A stretch of DNA of 64,000 nt, taken from contig CBFFRP010000066.1 in the NCBI GenBank assembly GCA_965644295.1, positions 310,001 through 374,000 of the forward strand. Reading direction: 5' to 3'. Of this stretch, positions 38,968-50,259 are shown piece by piece. The translations under genes and the position numbers were made by a program. The stretch's first letter is position 1. Each line of letters starts with the position of its first letter. The notes under the pieces were generated by a model that made no database searches, had not been told where the DNA came from, and worked only from the letters and a program-made list of their open reading frames with translations. The stretch comes from Paraphysomonas bandaiensis. Lineage: Eukaryota > Protista > Chrysophyceae.

Positions 38968-41900
38968 ATGGCGAAAGTACTTGAAGCTCTTATTGCCAAA
39001 GGCAGACGAGCAAGACGTCCTCGTGAACAAAAAGAGGTTGCTTTTGGTTTAGCAGATATATCTACACATGAAGAGTTACTGGAGCGTATGGTACAGAAAG
39101 GGGGGGTTAAATCCCTTATCCTTCTTCTTACAAAGAGTCAAGATAATGATGCACAAAGATTTTCTGCATTGGCTTTAGCAAATGCTTCCAGTGCTGATTT
39201 TAATCGTACGCGTATAGCTTCTGAAGGCGCCATTCAAGTGCTTATTGATTATATAAAAGAAACTGAAAATGATATAGTTGGACGACAATATTGTGCTATG
39301 GCACTTGGTAATATAGCTGCTGAACCAGAAACACATATGGAGATTGTCAAATCCAACGGGGTGGATGCACTTATAACATTACTTCGAACGGAGGATTCAG
39401 AAGCAGGAAGATACGCCGCCTTTGCGTTGAGTAATCTCGGCGCGAATGCTAATCACCGAGAAACGATTGTAGAAGAAGGGGCAGTTCCCTGCCTAGTGTC
39501 TCTCGCGTGTTGTGAAGAAATCAACGCCCAGCGACAGGCGCTTTCTGCCCTCCGTTCCCTCTGCATTTCTCCAGAGTATAGAGCTGTGGTCGTAAGAGAG
39601 GGTATTCTTGACCCATTAGTGCTTATGAGTCGCACAGAAGACATGGAGATACTCCGCGAAGTAGCTTCAGCTCTAAATTCATTAAGTAGTGTGGAGGAAA
39701 ACAAAATTGAGGTCACAGAGCGGTCTCTCTGCACTGTCATTGGTATGATGCTCTCAGGAGATATGGTAGTTGAGCGACATGCTGTATGTACTGCTGCCAA
39801 TCTGATGGAGATGCCAGAGCTTCACTCCAGACTTCAGGAGGAGCGTGGGATGCCCCCACTTGTGGCATTGTGCTCAAACGAAGACCCAAATAGCCGGGGC
39901 GAGGCTTGTCGATGTGTGGCCAATCTAACAGTAAACCCAGACATGCACCAAATGCTTATCAAGGAGGGGATTTTAAATCCCATGGTAGCATCTTTGGAAG
40001 CAAAGGACCTGAACTGTCAGAGATTTGCTTCCCTTTGTTTGGCCAACCTCGCGACGACAGTTGCAGCGCAGGTGAAGGTGATCCAAGCTGGAGCCGTGAA
40101 ACCATTGATTGCCCTAGCTGTCAACCCCGCCAATCAAATCGAAGCCAGGAGGTATGCTGTCCTCGCATTGGCGAATCTCACGGCTACTACAGCTAACCAC
40201 ATGACTATTATCGAAGATGGTGGTCTGGCTGCGTTTTTTTCTTTGTGTAATAGTCCCGACCTGATGTCTCAGTACTACGTTGGCTGCGCACTAGCGAATC
40301 TCTCCTGCTCTATGGCCAACCACCACATTATCGTCGAACATGGTGGTCTTCAAGCTATAGTCACACTCTGCGCCTCACCTGATCCCGATGTGCATCAGCA
40401 GGCGAGTGCTGCTTTGCGTGGTCTGGCCGTAACAGAATCGAACAAAATGAAGATTGTTCAGGAAGGAGCACTAAATCCCCTCACTCACCTATTGGGCTCG
40501 GATGACGTTGAGATCCTTCGGGAAGTTATCGCATGTCTTTGTAACTTAGCCCTTGGAGACGAAAACAAAATTGAAATCGTGAAGGCTGGTACTATACCGC
40601 CTTTAATCTCCCTCTCTCAGTCGCCGGACATGCAAGTCGCCTCACAGGCGTGTGCTACAATGGCAAACTTGGCAGAGTTCACTGCCAATCAAGATGCCAT
40701 TGCTGCGGAGGGAGCGATCCGCCCAATTATTACAGTCATGAGATCGAAGTACGTGGAAGTACAGCGGGAGGCAGGAAGACTATTAGCTAACTTGTGTGCT
40801 TCGGAGTCTGAGTTCACAACACAGATTCTTGAAGATGGAGGGCACAACCTCCTCATATCTTACCTCCTTTCCCAAGACACGTCATGCCAGCGTGTGGGTG
40901 CTCTTGGAATCGGCAATTTGTGTACACAGCAGAGGTTTAGACGTGATCTAATGGAATGTGGTGTGTTGGAGCCTCTATGTTCACTTGCTCGCTCAGAGGA
41001 CATCGAACTGGAGATTCAGAGGTTTGCAGTACTTGGCATCGCCAATCTCGCCTCGGCAGCAGAAAATCACGAAGCTTTTATCGAGGAAGGCATGCTTCCT
41101 CTCCTTATATCTCTGTCTATGGCTACAGACGGGGAAGTTCGCCAATACGCCGCGTTTGCCCTTGTAAAGATATCTCAGAACGCCGAAGTCAGGAAGACCG
41201 TGACTGAGGAGGGTGGTCTTGAGCCTGTTCTCTACCTGGCCAGAACAGAGGAGCCGGAAATACAACGCGAAGTGTTGCCTGCTCTATGTTCTCTCTCATT
41301 TGCAGAGGCTAATAAAGTGCCTATATGCCGCAATGGTGGCTTGGATCCTATTGTACGGGCTATTCGAGATGGCAGTGTTGAGATCGCTCGCCTGGCGTGC
41401 TGCTCCCTCGCGAATCTTGCTGAGACGGTTGAAAACCTCGACCGTATTGTAGATGCAACTTCTATCCCTCCCCTTGTAGGAGTTTTAACAAGTGAGTCAG
41501 AAGAAGTGAGGCGAGAATCTGCCAGGTGTCTTGGTAATATCGCTGCCAATATTGAATTTGGTGACTTAATTTTACGAGAGGGGGCTTTACCTTATCTGAT
41601 TCCCATGTTGCGATCTGAGAACGTTGAGACGCAGAGAATGGCCGCCTTCTGTATTTGTAACCTGAGCTCCAACACTCGTAACCAGAAGTTCATGCTCGAT
41701 AATGGCTTGTTCGATCCCCTGATTCATGAGACTCGCCTGGCGCTGGATCCCAAGGCGAAGTGCGACCATGAGTGCACCCGCTATTGCCTGCTTGTCCTAG
41801 GCAATTTTGCAGTCAACACCGCAAATCATGAACTCTTACTGACTGAGGCCCTTGACATGCTTGCGGGATTTGCGAAGCATCGCGATATCAAGTGCAGACA

Positions 41901-44900
41901 ACATGCCGTATTTTGCATTGGTAATTTATGTGCCAACCCGAAGAATTTGGAAACGATTGTTACCAGTGGCTGCTTGCGCACGATAATCACTTATGCTTTT
42001 CCATCAACGGATACTTCGGCAAATGTTCAATTTATGGCTGTCGCTGCGCTCCGTGGTTTGGCGGCTCACCCCGTGCTTCGATCTCAGATTGTCCGGGACG
42101 GTGCAATGGAGCCATTAATTTTATCTGCTAAGTCGGATTCTGTGGAAGTTCAGCGAGAGGCTGCTGCTGCGCTGTGTAACCTGGCACTCTCGGAGGAAAA
42201 TAAAGTAAAAATGGCACGTGGAGGGGCATTACCTGCATTGATAAGTCTTGCCATGTCTGGGGACAAGGAACGTGAGGTACATGCAGCAGCTGCATTGGCG
42301 AATATCGCAGAGATGGTAGAGGGAAAGAGTCAAGAACGCATGATAGAGGAGGGTGCAATTAAACCTCTCATGCGACTTGCTGATAGTGAAGATGCCGAGG
42401 TCAGAAGAGAGGCGGCACGCGCGTTTGCACTTTTTGCGTCCAAAAGAGATTCCCACTCAGCTCTCATCCGAGCCCACGCGGCCTCTCGAATGATGCTTTT
42501 TCTCAAAGATACTGACGATGCATGTAGAAGATTTGGTGTACTGGGAATCGGTAACATGGCCGTATCTAGGGAATCTCACCAAGAGTTGTTTGATGTCGGT
42601 GCTGTATCAGCTCTCATGACCTGTGCTAAAGATTCGGACATTCAGGCACGCCGGTGTGCCGCCTTTGCTTTTTCTAACCTCGCAGCCAACCCTGCTAATC
42701 ACACTTCCTGTGACCGACTGGGGGTAGTGAGACAGCTGGTAACCCTTGTCAAGGACACTGATAAAGATGCTCATCTACAAGCCACTACTGCTCTGAGATA
42801 CCTGTTCGAGTCAGGCAGATGCAGGAATCAATTTATTGAATTGAAGGGAATAAAACCACTGTTGCAGCTAGGCAATTCAGAAGATATTGAAGTGAGACGG
42901 GAGTGTGCAGCTGCTCTACGTAATTTGAGTATGAGTGAAGTACCGAAAGTTGAGGTCGTAAAAGAAGGAGGACTCGATGTGTTGATGGACATGCTGCACT
43001 CACCAGATGTCGAAGTGTGCCATCAGAGCACCGGCGTAGTCGCTAATCTCGCCGAGGCCACTGAGAACCAGGGATTGATGGTGGAACATGGTGTGTTACA
43101 GCATATTAAGTTTGTCATGAGGAGCAAGAGCATAGATATTCAACGTGAAGCGTCTCGAGCGATTGCTAATATCTCTGCGGATTACGCGTATGCGCCAGCC
43201 ATTGTCGCTTCTGGAGCATTGCAGAGCATAATATCTGCCTTGTCATCTCCTGACTTTCTTTGCCAGCGATATGCGGCAATGGGATGCGGCAACCTTGCCA
43301 CAAATCAGTCTAACCAAAAGAAGATACTGCAAGAGGGTGCTTTACCAATGCTAATATCATTGTCCAAGTTCGAAAATGGTGACTTGGAGTCACAGCGGTA
43401 TGCTACACTGGCACTAACGAATCTGTCTGCTACCAAAGGTAACCACTCTGTAATGATTGACACGGGCGTGTTAGTTATGATGCGCCAGCTACTAGAGCAC
43501 CAAGACGTTGAGATCAGAAACAGTTCGATTCTCTCAATTGCTAACTTTTCGGCGAACCCGAACAATCACCAGCTAATTCTGAAACAAGGGTGCTTACCAC
43601 TTCTCATTAGTCTACTGAGTAATCCGGATAAGAACGCCCAATTGAGGTCTGTCTCCGCCCTTCGCGGGCTGAGTACTGATGCTGAAATTCGATTGGATAT
43701 TGTGGACGCCAATGCCCTCGAGCCACTGCTAAAACTTGCGAAATCTGATGACGTGGAAGTCCAGTTGGAGACTTTGGCATGTCTTTGTAACCTCTCTCTG
43801 TGTGGATGCATTGGAGATAATCCTCTGTCCTTCCTGGACGCAGTCGATGTGCAGAATCTTGTAGCTTTCTTGTGCTCTGCTGATGCCACGTATCGTCTTT
43901 TTGGAGCTGTAACAATTGGAAACATCATGTCGTCCGTCAAGTTGCAGGCTAATGTTGTGGATGGAGGCGCCCTGGGGCCGTTAGTAACTGTTGCGAGTGC
44001 TGCAGATTTAGAGACTCAGAGGTGCATATCGTACGCACTTTGTAACCTTGCTGCTGATCCTCGTCGTCGTCATGACATTGTTCGAGAAGGGGGGTTGCCA
44101 TCTTTGATTAGCATGGCATGTGCATCGGACCCAGGTGACCAGCGTGCTGCACTGAGCACGATTAGAGGAATCTGTGCCCATGCGGAGAACAGACGTGCGG
44201 TAATGGAGGCGAACATCTCAGAAGCTCTTACACTTGGTACAAGGGCAAGAGATGAGGACGTTAGATGCGAAACTGCATCAACTTTTTGTGCACTATCTAT
44301 CAATGACGAGAACAAAATGGATCTGGCAAATGATGATCAGCTACTTGTAGATCTTCTGGAATTGCTGAAAGAAGATGATGTCAGGGCAGTCCGACAGGCG
44401 ATGGGTTGTTTGGCAAACATGTCTGAGCGGCACGAAACTCACCCACAGCTAACCAAACACCAAGTACACCTCGCTGTGTTGGACCATTTTGAAAACCCAG
44501 ACGTTGCTCTCGTTCGAGAGGCTACCAGGGTGCTCACCAATCTTGCTGCAGTTCACGAAAACCATCCACCATTAGTGGGAGGGGGAGGTATAGATGCCCT
44601 TCGTAGGGGGTGCAGGCGCTCAGATGCGATGACATCCCGTTTCGCCGCGCTTGGGTTAATGAACCTAAGTTCTCTCCCAGATAACCATAAGGATTTGATT
44701 AACAGTAAGTGCTACGAAGAGTTAATTGAGCTAGCATTGGGATCAGAAAAAACATGGGTATCGTTAGATGCATTGGGTAATCAGCTGGAGACGAAGCCCG
44801 ACTCTCCTCGCGATGCTGACGCCTGGGACTTCGTGGAGAAAAATGGATTCGATAAGGATGCAAGGAGGTATTCAGTGTTGGCACTAGGAAATCTTGCCAT

Positions 44901-47900
44901 TTCTCCTCTGTCACATGAATGCCTTTCTCAACCGGACTCGCTGCAGGCACTAAGCGATTGTCTGGATTCTTCTGATGAGGAAACTAGATTTAACGCATCG
45001 TATGCTTTCAACAAGCTGTCGATGAGAGAAGAAAACCACGCCACGCTTGGTGAGTCTGGTGCAATTCCGCGTCTTGTGGATGTCATCGTATCTGGAACAG
45101 TTGAGTCTGTAGGCCAGGCTGTAGCTTCACTGCGACATCTTGCCATGCTCCCAGAAAACAGAGTTCGGATGTTGGACGCTCAGATCTTGGAGCCGTTATC
45201 ACTGGCTGGAAAGAGCGAGGACATTGAAACGCTACGCGAAGTAGCAGCTTGTTGTTGCTCCTTAACTCTAACAGAGAAACTACGAACACCTTTGGTCAGG
45301 AGTTCTCTTTTAGTTCCACTTATGGATCTTTGTCAGAGTGAGGATATCGAGATTGCAAGGCAGGCGTGTGGTGCCATTGCAAACATCGCAGAAACCAAGT
45401 CCACGCACAAGCTCTTGATCAATGTAGGAGCTGCAATGCACTCCATGGTGTTTATCATGCGTTCGAAGCACTTGTCAGTGCACCGAGAGGCTTCTCGTGC
45501 TGTGGCCAACTTACTCTCCTCATCAGTCTGTCACCGCCTGTTTATTGACGATGGTGGATTAACATCTCTCTTCCGACTGTGCAAATCTGTTGATCCTGAG
45601 ACTATGTTAAATTGCTCCATTATATTTCGAAAATTATCTCCTGTGCTATCTAATCACGAACCGATAGTTGGAAAAGGTGGATTGCAGCCATTGCAGCTGT
45701 TGACGAACACGCTGGATGTAATGGTGTGTCGTCATGCCGTTGCTGCTATACGAGATATCGCTTCAAATGAACATTTTAAAGTAGTTGCTGCCGAAGAAGG
45801 ATGCCTCAGAAGGTCCATTGAACTTGCTCGACACGAAGACTTGACTGTTCGCATTCTTGCTGTTGGGACTTTGCGCCACCTCAGTATCAACTCACGTATA
45901 AAAAGGCCAATGGTGATGGAAGGAGCTCTGGGACCGCTGTTTTCATGCCTTGAGGATGTCTCACAAGACATTGATCTCCTCAGACAGTGTGCAGCAACTC
46001 TAGGTAACTTGGCAGAGAACGGGGAAAATCAAGTTTCCTTTATTCGTGATGGTGTTTTACCACGTCTGATTCATTTGTCGAACGTTGAACATCCCGAGGT
46101 ACAAGCCGATGTGTCGAAAACTTTTGCGTCGCTCTCTGCTAACCCTGAGAATCAGACTGGTGTTTTCGGTGCCGCTGAGATCAGGGCGGTGCTTCATTTG
46201 TCTGATAGCGTTGAGGAGTGCTGTTTGAGAGATGCTCTGGTTACACTGGGTAACTTAGCTGTAGTAGCGAAAAACCAACATATCATATCCAAAATGGGTG
46301 GGTTGTCGCACATTGCAGTCGCCCTGACAAGTCAGTACGAAAGTTGTCAACGTATGGCCTGCAGAGCCCTCTATCGTCTTTCTGCCCGATCTGAGACACA
46401 GACAGAAATAGTGTCATCGGGTTCCATTCCACACTTAAATAAACTGTGTGGGTCGCCTTCAGTTCTTGTGCGAAAGTACTGTGCTATGGTTCTCTGCAAT
46501 GTCTCGGTGCATCCGGAAAATCAAGTCTTGCTTGCCCAACTGGGGTCTCTTCCCCCATTAATTACTATGCTTTCTGACGCGGAAGAAGTCGTTGCCCGCC
46601 ATGCAGCGATGGCTCTCACCAACCTCTGTAACGATGGTACGAATCAACTCCTGATCGCGAAACTTGGTGCGATTACGCCGTTGATTAAGCTCGCGAGTTC
46701 CCAGGATTCTGAGAGCAGCCGCTATGCTGGAATGACGCTGGCTAACTTGGCGGCTAACAGGCAAAACCGTGGGCCTATTGTTGCTCTCGGTGGGCTACGT
46801 CCCCTTTTTATTATGGCTAACACCGATAGACTAGAGGTACAGAGAGCTGCATCACTTTCTCTGTTCAATATATCGTGCGCTTCCACTAATCATGTACCAA
46901 TGGTCAAAGGAGACATTGTGTCAGCAATTGCGGTACTCGGTCAGGTGGCTGATTTAGAGTGCAAACGCTATGCTATCATGACTTTGGCGAATCTTGCGGC
47001 CAATGTAGAAACTCGGGCAGCTGCCACCAGATCCGGAGGACTCCAGACAGCGGTACACCTCATCAAAGATGATGATGTGGACTGCAAGCGATATGCATGC
47101 ATTGCTATGTGCAACATGGCCAACTCTCCTATGGTTCAGGAGCAGATTGTTGTACACGGAGCCTTACCTGCTATCCTTGCCCTTGGAGAAGAGGGACAAA
47201 AAAACAACGATGTGGAGTCGAGAAGGCAGGTTTTACTTGCACTGAACAATCTTGCTGCAAATGAAATCAACCATTCGATGATGATCCAAAAGAATGTGAT
47301 GGGAGTCCTTGTGAGTGCGTTTGAGAGTGACGATATGGACAGTAAAGAATACGCTGCGTTTACTATTGCCAATATGTGCTCAAATCCCGATTATATCAAC
47401 CTGATTGGTAAGCAGGGCGGAATTCCTCCACTTATCATGTTATCCGCCTCTCAGAATGTCAACTCCCAATGCCTTGCATTAGCTGCATTACGACGGTTGG
47501 CGGATGCACCTGACAACTGGGCTAGATTAATTCAAGCAGGAGTCTTGGACTCCCTTGCTACCGGAGGTCTGTCCACTGAATTAGATGTACAGAAAGAGGT
47601 GGCGGCCAGTTTGTGTTCCCTTTCGCTGTCTGAACCACATCGCGTGGAGATTGCCTACAAGTGTATTGAAGCTATCGTTCATTTATCCTCTTCACCTAAT
47701 GCCGATGTGGCAAGGCAGGCCGTAGGCTCCCTCGCAAACCTGGCGGAAGATGTGGATTCACATGAGTACATTGCTCGTGCTGGGGGAGGGAGATGTGTGG
47801 TGGCCCTCGAGACTCATGATGCCGTTGATATTCACCGTGAAGCTACCAGGGGCATTGCTAATCTGCTATCTTCGTTCCGTCACCAGGCGACCATTATCGA

Positions 47901-50259
47901 GGATGGTATTCCTGGCCTCGTTCGGCTTGCCTACTCAGATGACGAGGAATGTGCCTACCATGCTGCGCAATCATTCCGCAAACTCTCACCGAACTTGAAG
48001 GCACACTCAATAATGATATACGCCGGTGGATTCAAGGCACTCTTCCATTTATTTAATTCGTCGCATATGAACACCCAGAGACAGGCTGCCGCTGCTTGTC
48101 GTGATCTGTGTGCCAATCCAGATTACAAGACGAGGTGTGCAGAAGATGGCGGTCTGGAAGCTCTGGTGGCACTAGCAAGACAGCAGGAGGAGCAGCTGCA
48201 AGCTCTTGCCTTAGCTGCGCTTCGTCACCTTTCCTTGCATGAGGCATTGAAGGCGCCTATCATTGACGCTCGAGCTCTACGACCGACACTTCGATGCTCA
48301 TCATCACTTAACGAGGACCTACATCTGCAAAGTGCTGGTCTCCTGGCAAATCTTTCAGAGCACCCGGAGAACCAGATGCCCATGGTTGAGGAGGGAGCAG
48401 TACATGGTCTTGTGACACTCTCACGCTCCACGAACGACGAGGTACAGCAGGACTGTGCCCGAGCCTTTGCCAATCTCTCTTCTAATGAGGAATCGCATAG
48501 CACGATGTATAGACAAGGCGCCCTGGACTCTCTTATCAGCTTGTCTGCCTCGGATAGCGATGTCACGCAGAGATACGCTGCCATGGGGATGCGTTTTCTG
48601 GCTGCCGACCCAGAGGTTCGTGTTCTCATTGTCAAAGATGGAAAGATACAGCCATTCATTGCTCTGGCGAGCTCGCCGCTTCTGGAGTATCGCCGAGCTG
48701 CTGCCGCGTCGCTGTCATCATTCACTTTGCACGAGAGCAGCAAGGCTATGATGGTTCGACAGAACTGTATTCCTCCCCTTCTCGCGTTAGCTCTGGAGGA
48801 GGACTTGCCGACTAAGCGTGATTCGATGTCTGCAATTGCCAACATAGCAGACAGTCTTGAGTTGCAAGGAGATCTCATTCGTGAGGGTGTGTTAAAGGTG
48901 CTTAGTGTCACTGGCAGGCACGAAGATGCCCGTGTTCAAAGAGATACTGCTCGAGCCTTCTCTACCCTCTCTGTATCAGATGACGTCAAAACTGAAATCA
49001 TCGTCCAGAATGCTCTTCCATCTGTTTTATCCTTGGCTAAAAGTCTCGATATCGCATGTCAGCGGTATTCTACCCTTACCCTTTGCAACCTTTGCTCTGG
49101 TGAGCACAAAGTTAAGATTGTGGAAGAGGGCGGGGTCCGTCCACTAATTTTCCTTTCTCGCTTCCCAGACACTGAAATTCAGCGGTATGCTTCCTTAGCA
49201 GTCGCAGGTCTTGCCTTAGGTGGGCATGGGAATAACAAGAGGAGAATTGTGGAGGAAGGCGCAGTCCGTCCACTTGTAGACCTGTTGCGATTTCCTGAAA
49301 GAGATGTGCAGTTGTCTTCGACACTTGCAGTCAATGCACTTGCGCTGGGCAATGAACACCTCAGTAAGAGCGCTGTGATGACTGAACATGGATTAGAGCC
49401 GCTCATTCAGTTGGCGGAGAATGCTGATGATGAAATCGTTCGCTCGGCAGTGTACGCGCTCGGTTCACTCTGTGAGCATGAGGAGGTCAAGACTCGTCTC
49501 GTGGAGCTAGGCGCAGTTGTAACAGTCGTCAAGCAATTAGGCCTTGGTGACATGGAAGTTAAGCGGGCGGCTGGGTATTTCTTGGCAGCTATTTCGGAGA
49601 ATGTGGATTTCCACGGCGACCTTGCACGAGAGGGAGGCTTAGAAGCTGTTATCACTTTGGCAGGAATGGAGGACGTAGAGTGTCAGGAGTACGCTGCCTT
49701 TGCACTTGCTCACTTGGCATCGAATCGTGACCACCAGGTAAAGTTAGTAGAGCTGGGGGCAGTTCGACCGCTCGTCAATCTGATGGCTGCAGATGCGGAG
49801 CCCAAACATTATGCTGGGCTCGCTCTGCTTAAGTTGGCAGACAATCTGGAGAACCACATGGCTATCGCAGCAGAAGGTGGTATTCAGGCCCTGTTACGCC
49901 TTGGGCGTGCACGTACAACCGATGATCAGATGCAATACAAGGCGGCGCTTACAGTTGGCCAACTCGCCTCGAACGCTGTGAAACTTCTTCCTTCGGGAGG
50001 CAGCGTGAAGGCGGCTGCATCGATTGGTCATGGTGCGAAGATGATGACAAAGGTTCGCTCCCAGGCAGCTGTGCAGCGAGGCCGCGAGGGGGCGCTCAAT
50101 TATCTGGACAAAACCACTGAGGGCGAACCACTCATGTCTCGGACTATGGGATCGGCTACCGCAGCCCCTGGGCACAGACAGTCCACTACTCAAACTGCGC
50201 TAAATATCGGGGTTCGTCCTTCATCTTCAGACGGCAAAGTTAGCGGTAAAAAGAAGTGA
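38968..50259 (+). CDS. Giant intronless armadillo-repeat protein (Vac8-like), ~3763 aa
   Basis: Single 11.3-kb ORF. First ATG is at 38968 (MAKVLEALIAKGRR). Continuous ~41-aa ARM repeats (G.L..L..L......Q..A..AL.NL). Confidence 0.92.
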   Translation: MAKVLEALIAKGRRARRPREQKEVAFGLADISTHEELLERMVQKGGVKSLILLLTKSQDNDAQRFSALALANASSADFNRTRIASEGAIQVLIDYIKETENDIVGRQYCAMALGNIAAEPETHMEIVKSNGVDALITLLRTEDSEAGRYAAFALSNLGANANHRETIVEEGAVPCLVSLACCEEINAQRQALSALRSLCISPEYRAVVVREGILDPLVLMSRTEDMEILREVASALNSLSSVEENKIEVTERSLCTVIGMMLSGDMVVERHAVCTAANLMEMPELHSRLQEERGMPPLVALCSNEDPNSRGEACRCVANLTVNPDMHQMLIKEGILNPMVASLEAKDLNCQRFASLCLANLATTVAAQVKVIQAGAVKPLIALAVNPANQIEARRYAVLALANLTATTANHMTIIEDGGLAAFFSLCNSPDLMSQYYVGCALANLSCSMANHHIIVEHGGLQAIVTLCASPDPDVHQQASAALRGLAVTESNKMKIVQEGALNPLTHLLGSDDVEILREVIACLCNLALGDENKIEIVKAGTIPPLISLSQSPDMQVASQACATMANLAEFTANQDAIAAEGAIRPIITVMRSKYVEVQREAGRLLANLCASESEFTTQILEDGGHNLLISYLLSQDTSCQRVGALGIGNLCTQQRFRRDLMECGVLEPLCSLARSEDIELEIQRFAVLGIANLASAAENHEAFIEEGMLPLLISLSMATDGEVRQYAAFALVKISQNAEVRKTVTEEGGLEPVLYLARTEEPEIQREVLPALCSLSFAEANKVPICRNGGLDPIVRAIRDGSVEIARLACCSLANLAETVENLDRIVDATSIPPLVGVLTSESEEVRRESARCLGNIAANIEFGDLILREGALPYLIPMLRSENVETQRMAAFCICNLSSNTRNQKFMLDNGLFDPLIHETRLALDPKAKCDHECTRYCLLVLGNFAVNTANHELLLTEALDMLAGFAKHRDIKCRQHAVFCIGNLCANPKNLETIVTSGCLRTIITYAFPSTDTSANVQFMAVAALRGLAAHPVLRSQIVRDGAMEPLILSAKSDSVEVQREAAAALCNLALSEENKVKMARGGALPALISLAMSGDKEREVHAAAALANIAEMVEGKSQERMIEEGAIKPLMRLADSEDAEVRREAARAFALFASKRDSHSALIRAHAASRMMLFLKDTDDACRRFGVLGIGNMAVSRESHQELFDVGAVSALMTCAKDSDIQARRCAAFAFSNLAANPANHTSCDRLGVVRQLVTLVKDTDKDAHLQATTALRYLFESGRCRNQFIELKGIKPLLQLGNSEDIEVRRECAAALRNLSMSEVPKVEVVKEGGLDVLMDMLHSPDVEVCHQSTGVVANLAEATENQGLMVEHGVLQHIKFVMRSKSIDIQREASRAIANISADYAYAPAIVASGALQSIISALSSPDFLCQRYAAMGCGNLATNQSNQKKILQEGALPMLISLSKFENGDLESQRYATLALTNLSATKGNHSVMIDTGVLVMMRQLLEHQDVEIRNSSILSIANFSANPNNHQLILKQGCLPLLISLLSNPDKNAQLRSVSALRGLSTDAEIRLDIVDANALEPLLKLAKSDDVEVQLETLACLCNLSLCGCIGDNPLSFLDAVDVQNLVAFLCSADATYRLFGAVTIGNIMSSVKLQANVVDGGALGPLVTVASAADLETQRCISYALCNLAADPRRRHDIVREGGLPSLISMACASDPGDQRAALSTIRGICAHAENRRAVMEANISEALTLGTRARDEDVRCETASTFCALSINDENKMDLANDDQLLVDLLELLKEDDVRAVRQAMGCLANMSERHETHPQLTKHQVHLAVLDHFENPDVALVREATRVLTNLAAVHENHPPLVGGGGIDALRRGCRRSDAMTSRFAALGLMNLSSLPDNHKDLINSKCYEELIELALGSEKTWVSLDALGNQLETKPDSPRDADAWDFVEKNGFDKDARRYSVLALGNLAISPLSHECLSQPDSLQALSDCLDSSDEETRFNASYAFNKLSMREENHATLGESGAIPRLVDVIVSGTVESVGQAVASLRHLAMLPENRVRMLDAQILEPLSLAGKSEDIETLREVAACCCSLTLTEKLRTPLVRSSLLVPLMDLCQSEDIEIARQACGAIANIAETKSTHKLLINVGAAMHSMVFIMRSKHLSVHREASRAVANLLSSSVCHRLFIDDGGLTSLFRLCKSVDPETMLNCSIIFRKLSPVLSNHEPIVGKGGLQPLQLLTNTLDVMVCRHAVAAIRDIASNEHFKVVAAEEGCLRRSIELARHEDLTVRILAVGTLRHLSINSRIKRPMVMEGALGPLFSCLEDVSQDIDLLRQCAATLGNLAENGENQVSFIRDGVLPRLIHLSNVEHPEVQADVSKTFASLSANPENQTGVFGAAEIRAVLHLSDSVEECCLRDALVTLGNLAVVAKNQHIISKMGGLSHIAVALTSQYESCQRMACRALYRLSARSETQTEIVSSGSIPHLNKLCGSPSVLVRKYCAMVLCNVSVHPENQVLLAQLGSLPPLITMLSDAEEVVARHAAMALTNLCNDGTNQLLIAKLGAITPLIKLASSQDSESSRYAGMTLANLAANRQNRGPIVALGGLRPLFIMANTDRLEVQRAASLSLFNISCASTNHVPMVKGDIVSAIAVLGQVADLECKRYAIMTLANLAANVETRAAATRSGGLQTAVHLIKDDDVDCKRYACIAMCNMANSPMVQEQIVVHGALPAILALGEEGQKNNDVESRRQVLLALNNLAANEINHSMMIQKNVMGVLVSAFESDDMDSKEYAAFTIANMCSNPDYINLIGKQGGIPPLIMLSASQNVNSQCLALAALRRLADAPDNWARLIQAGVLDSLATGGLSTELDVQKEVAASLCSLSLSEPHRVEIAYKCIEAIVHLSSSPNADVARQAVGSLANLAEDVDSHEYIARAGGGRCVVALETHDAVDIHREATRGIANLLSSFRHQATIIEDGIPGLVRLAYSDDEECAYHAAQSFRKLSPNLKAHSIMIYAGGFKALFHLFNSSHMNTQRQAAAACRDLCANPDYKTRCAEDGGLEALVALARQQEEQLQALALAALRHLSLHEALKAPIIDARALRPTLRCSSSLNEDLHLQSAGLLANLSEHPENQMPMVEEGAVHGLVTLSRSTNDEVQQDCARAFANLSSNEESHSTMYRQGALDSLISLSASDSDVTQRYAAMGMRFLAADPEVRVLIVKDGKIQPFIALASSPLLEYRRAAAASLSSFTLHESSKAMMVRQNCIPPLLALALEEDLPTKRDSMSAIANIADSLELQGDLIREGVLKVLSVTGRHEDARVQRDTARAFSTLSVSDDVKTEIIVQNALPSVLSLAKSLDIACQRYSTLTLCNLCSGEHKVKIVEEGGVRPLIFLSRFPDTEIQRYASLAVAGLALGGHGNNKRRIVEEGAVRPLVDLLRFPERDVQLSSTLAVNALALGNEHLSKSAVMTEHGLEPLIQLAENADDEIVRSAVYALGSLCEHEEVKTRLVELGAVVTVVKQLGLGDMEVKRAAGYFLAAISENVDFHGDLAREGGLEAVITLAGMEDVECQEYAAFALAHLASNRDHQVKLVELGAVRPLVNLMAADAEPKHYAGLALLKLADNLENHMAIAAEGGIQALLRLGRARTTDDQMQYKAALTVGQLASNAVKLLPSGGSVKAAASIGHGAKMMTKVRSQAAVQRGREGALNYLDKTTEGEPLMSRTMGSATAAPGHRQSTTQTALNIGVRPSSSDGKVSGKKK

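Noticed and set aside
39453-50193. Many antisense and alternate-frame ORFs within the ARM gene
   Set aside because: Shadow ORFs of a long CDS with no motifs.
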